Position numbers and translations under genes: made by a program
Shown here: piece by piece, positions 62,645 to 64,000 of the stretch
Layout: every line of letters starts with the position of its first letter
Numbering within the stretch: position 1 is the first letter of the stretch
NCBI RefSeq assembly: GCF_056746865.1
Contig: NZ_CM163382.1
Direction: 5' to 3' (one strand)
Length of the DNA stretch: 64,000 nucleotides
The notes under the pieces: model-generated
Seen by the model: only the letters and a program-made list of their open reading frames with translations
The model's database searches: none
What the model was told of the DNA's origin: nothing

Positions 62645-63463
62645 ATGCGACTAGCCAGTCGTTTTGGTTATGCGAACCAGATACGCCGTGACCGTCCGCT
62701 GACACACGAAGAACTGATGCACTATGTTCCCAGTATTTTCGGTGAAGACCGGCATACTTCCCGCAGTAAACGATATGCGTACATTCCCACCATCACCGTA
62801 CTGGAAAGCCTGCAGCAGGAAGGTTTTCAGCCATTCTTCGCCTGCCAGACCCGCGTGCGCGACCCGGGCCGCCGGGGATACACAAAACACATGCTGCGTC
62901 TGCGGCGGGCCGGAGAGATAAACGGAGAACATGTCCCTGAAATTATTCTGCTCAACTCTCATGACGGTACCTCCAGCTACCAGATGCTGCCGGGTTACTT
63001 CAGATTCGTCTGCCAGAATGGCTGCGTCTGCGGTCAGTCTCTGGGGGAAGTGCGTGTTCCACACCGGGGAAATGTGGTGGAGAAAGTTATCGAAGGGGCT
63101 TACGAAGTGGTGGGGGTTTTTGACCGGATTGAGGAAAAGCGTGATGCCATGCAGTCGCTGGTCCTGCCGCCACCGGCACGCCAGGCGCTGGCACAGGCGG
63201 CACTGACTTACCGTTATGGTGACGAACATCAGCCGGTCACCACCGCTGACATTCTGACACCACGACGCAGGGAGGATTACGGTCAGGACCTGTGGAGCGC
63301 ATATCAGACCATCCAGGAGAATATGCTGAAAGGCGGAATTTCCGGCCGCAGTGCAAAAGGAAAACGTATCCACACCCGTGCCATTCACAACATCGACACC
63401 GATATTAAGCTCAACCGCGCATTGTGGGTAATGGCAGAAACGCTGCTGGAGAGCCTGCGCTGA
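62645..63463 (+). CDS. DUF932-family protein (YfjQ/YafZ-like)
   Basis: 272-aa ORF; typical neighbour of GTPase and antirestriction genes in CP4-type islands; family assignment from memory. Confidence 0.65.
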   Translation: MRLASRFGYANQIRRDRPLTHEELMHYVPSIFGEDRHTSRSKRYAYIPTITVLESLQQEGFQPFFACQTRVRDPGRRGYTKHMLRLRRAGEINGEHVPEIILLNSHDGTSSYQMLPGYFRFVCQNGCVCGQSLGEVRVPHRGNVVEKVIEGAYEVVGVFDRIEEKRDAMQSLVLPPPARQALAQAALTYRYGDEHQPVTTADILTPRRREDYGQDLWSAYQTIQENMLKGGISGRSAKGKRIHTRAIHNIDTDIKLNRALWVMAETLLESLR

Positions 63464-63804
63464 TGCAGCATGTCCCTGAAAGCGTGATTCAGGCACCAGA
63501 ATCACCCGACGCCCCGGAGGCGCTGCCGGGGTGTCGTTCCATTTCTGATGATGACCTGTGCGCCTGGTGTACCCGTCTGCTTTACCGTCCCGGAGAAATC
63601 AGTCTGTGCAGACTGAGTATACAGGCAATGGCATCTGGCCATCCGTCTGTGACCGGAACGGTTACGCGTACGGCTGTCCGGAATTTCAGCCGAATATCAT
63701 TCATCCCTGATATTACCGGGTCATCACGGTCAGTGATGAACGTGATGTTGCCAGCTCCCGACCTTTACTCCCTCTCATTTATTCACATTACAAGGATTTC
63801 ATAC

Positions 63805-64000
63805 ATGAAAACATTGTCTCAGAACACCACCTCTTCGGCCTGTGCACCGGAGACTGACCTGCAACAACTGGTAGCCACTCCCGTCCCTGATGAACGGCGC
63901 ATCAGCTTCTGGCCGCAGCACTTTGGCCTCATTCCACAGTGGGTGACCCTGGAGCCCCGTATCTTCGGCTGGATGGACCGTCTGTGTGAAGACTACTGCG
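63805..64000 (+). CDS. KlcA/ArdB-like antirestriction protein, partial (runs off window end)
   Basis: ...ISFWPQHFGLIPQWVTLEPRIFGWMDRLCEDYC resembles KlcA core motif; AGGA RBS 11 nt upstream; an in-frame upstream ATG at 63463 is also possible. Confidence 0.55.
   Translation, partial: MKTLSQNTTSSACAPETDLQQLVATPVPDERRISFWPQHFGLIPQWVTLEPRIFGWMDRLCEDYC

Noticed and set aside
62651-63505. 284-aa minus-strand ORF opposite the DUF932 gene
   Set aside because: The plus-strand frame has the coherent start, RBS context and neighbourhood; the minus frame is Cys/Gln/His-rich low-complexity.

Overview
Enterobacterial (E. coli-type) chromosome: a conserved core block followed by a tRNA-Leu-anchored, IS-riddled genomic island. 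All identifications are from reading the sequence and ORF translations and recalling protein families; no database search was run. Core (1-16.5 kb): yjgN (partial), valS-holC, REP/BIME repeats, pepA, lptF-lptG, yjgR, the idnR-idnT-idnO-idnD / idnK idonate locus, ahr, then leuX tRNA-Leu(CAA) at 16477-16561 with promoter and terminator. Island (16.6-64 kb): a P4-type integrase (intB) whose conserved N-terminus is cut off by an in-frame TAG, decayed yjgX/yjgZ-like remnants, IS4 with a 12-bp target duplication, yjhB/yjhC, an IS911 copy with a damaged frameshift site, a BetT-like BCCT transporter bracketed by IS911 copies and an IS600 carrying a nested IS30, the complete fecIR-fecABCDE ferric citrate system, IS1 with an amber insB, IS3 remnants, a secreted phytase-like protein, an IS66-family element, IS2, an IS911-like element with TGG duplication interrupting an alpA-like gene, a YeeP-like GTPase, Ag43 (flu) with its three-GATC switch and leader terminator, a DUF932 gene and a partial KlcA-like antirestriction gene. 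The best candidates for uncharacterised biology are (i) a cluster of two tandem paralogous zinc-ribbon proteins plus a YagK/YfjJ-like protein with a divergent tiny zinc-ribbon/transmembrane ORF (48.2-50.3 kb), and (ii) a convergent 205-aa / ~494-aa gene pair separated by a perfect 17-bp-arm palindrome (54.2-56.7 kb). Neither contains a motif I can tie to a known defence or toxin family, so both are hypotheses.
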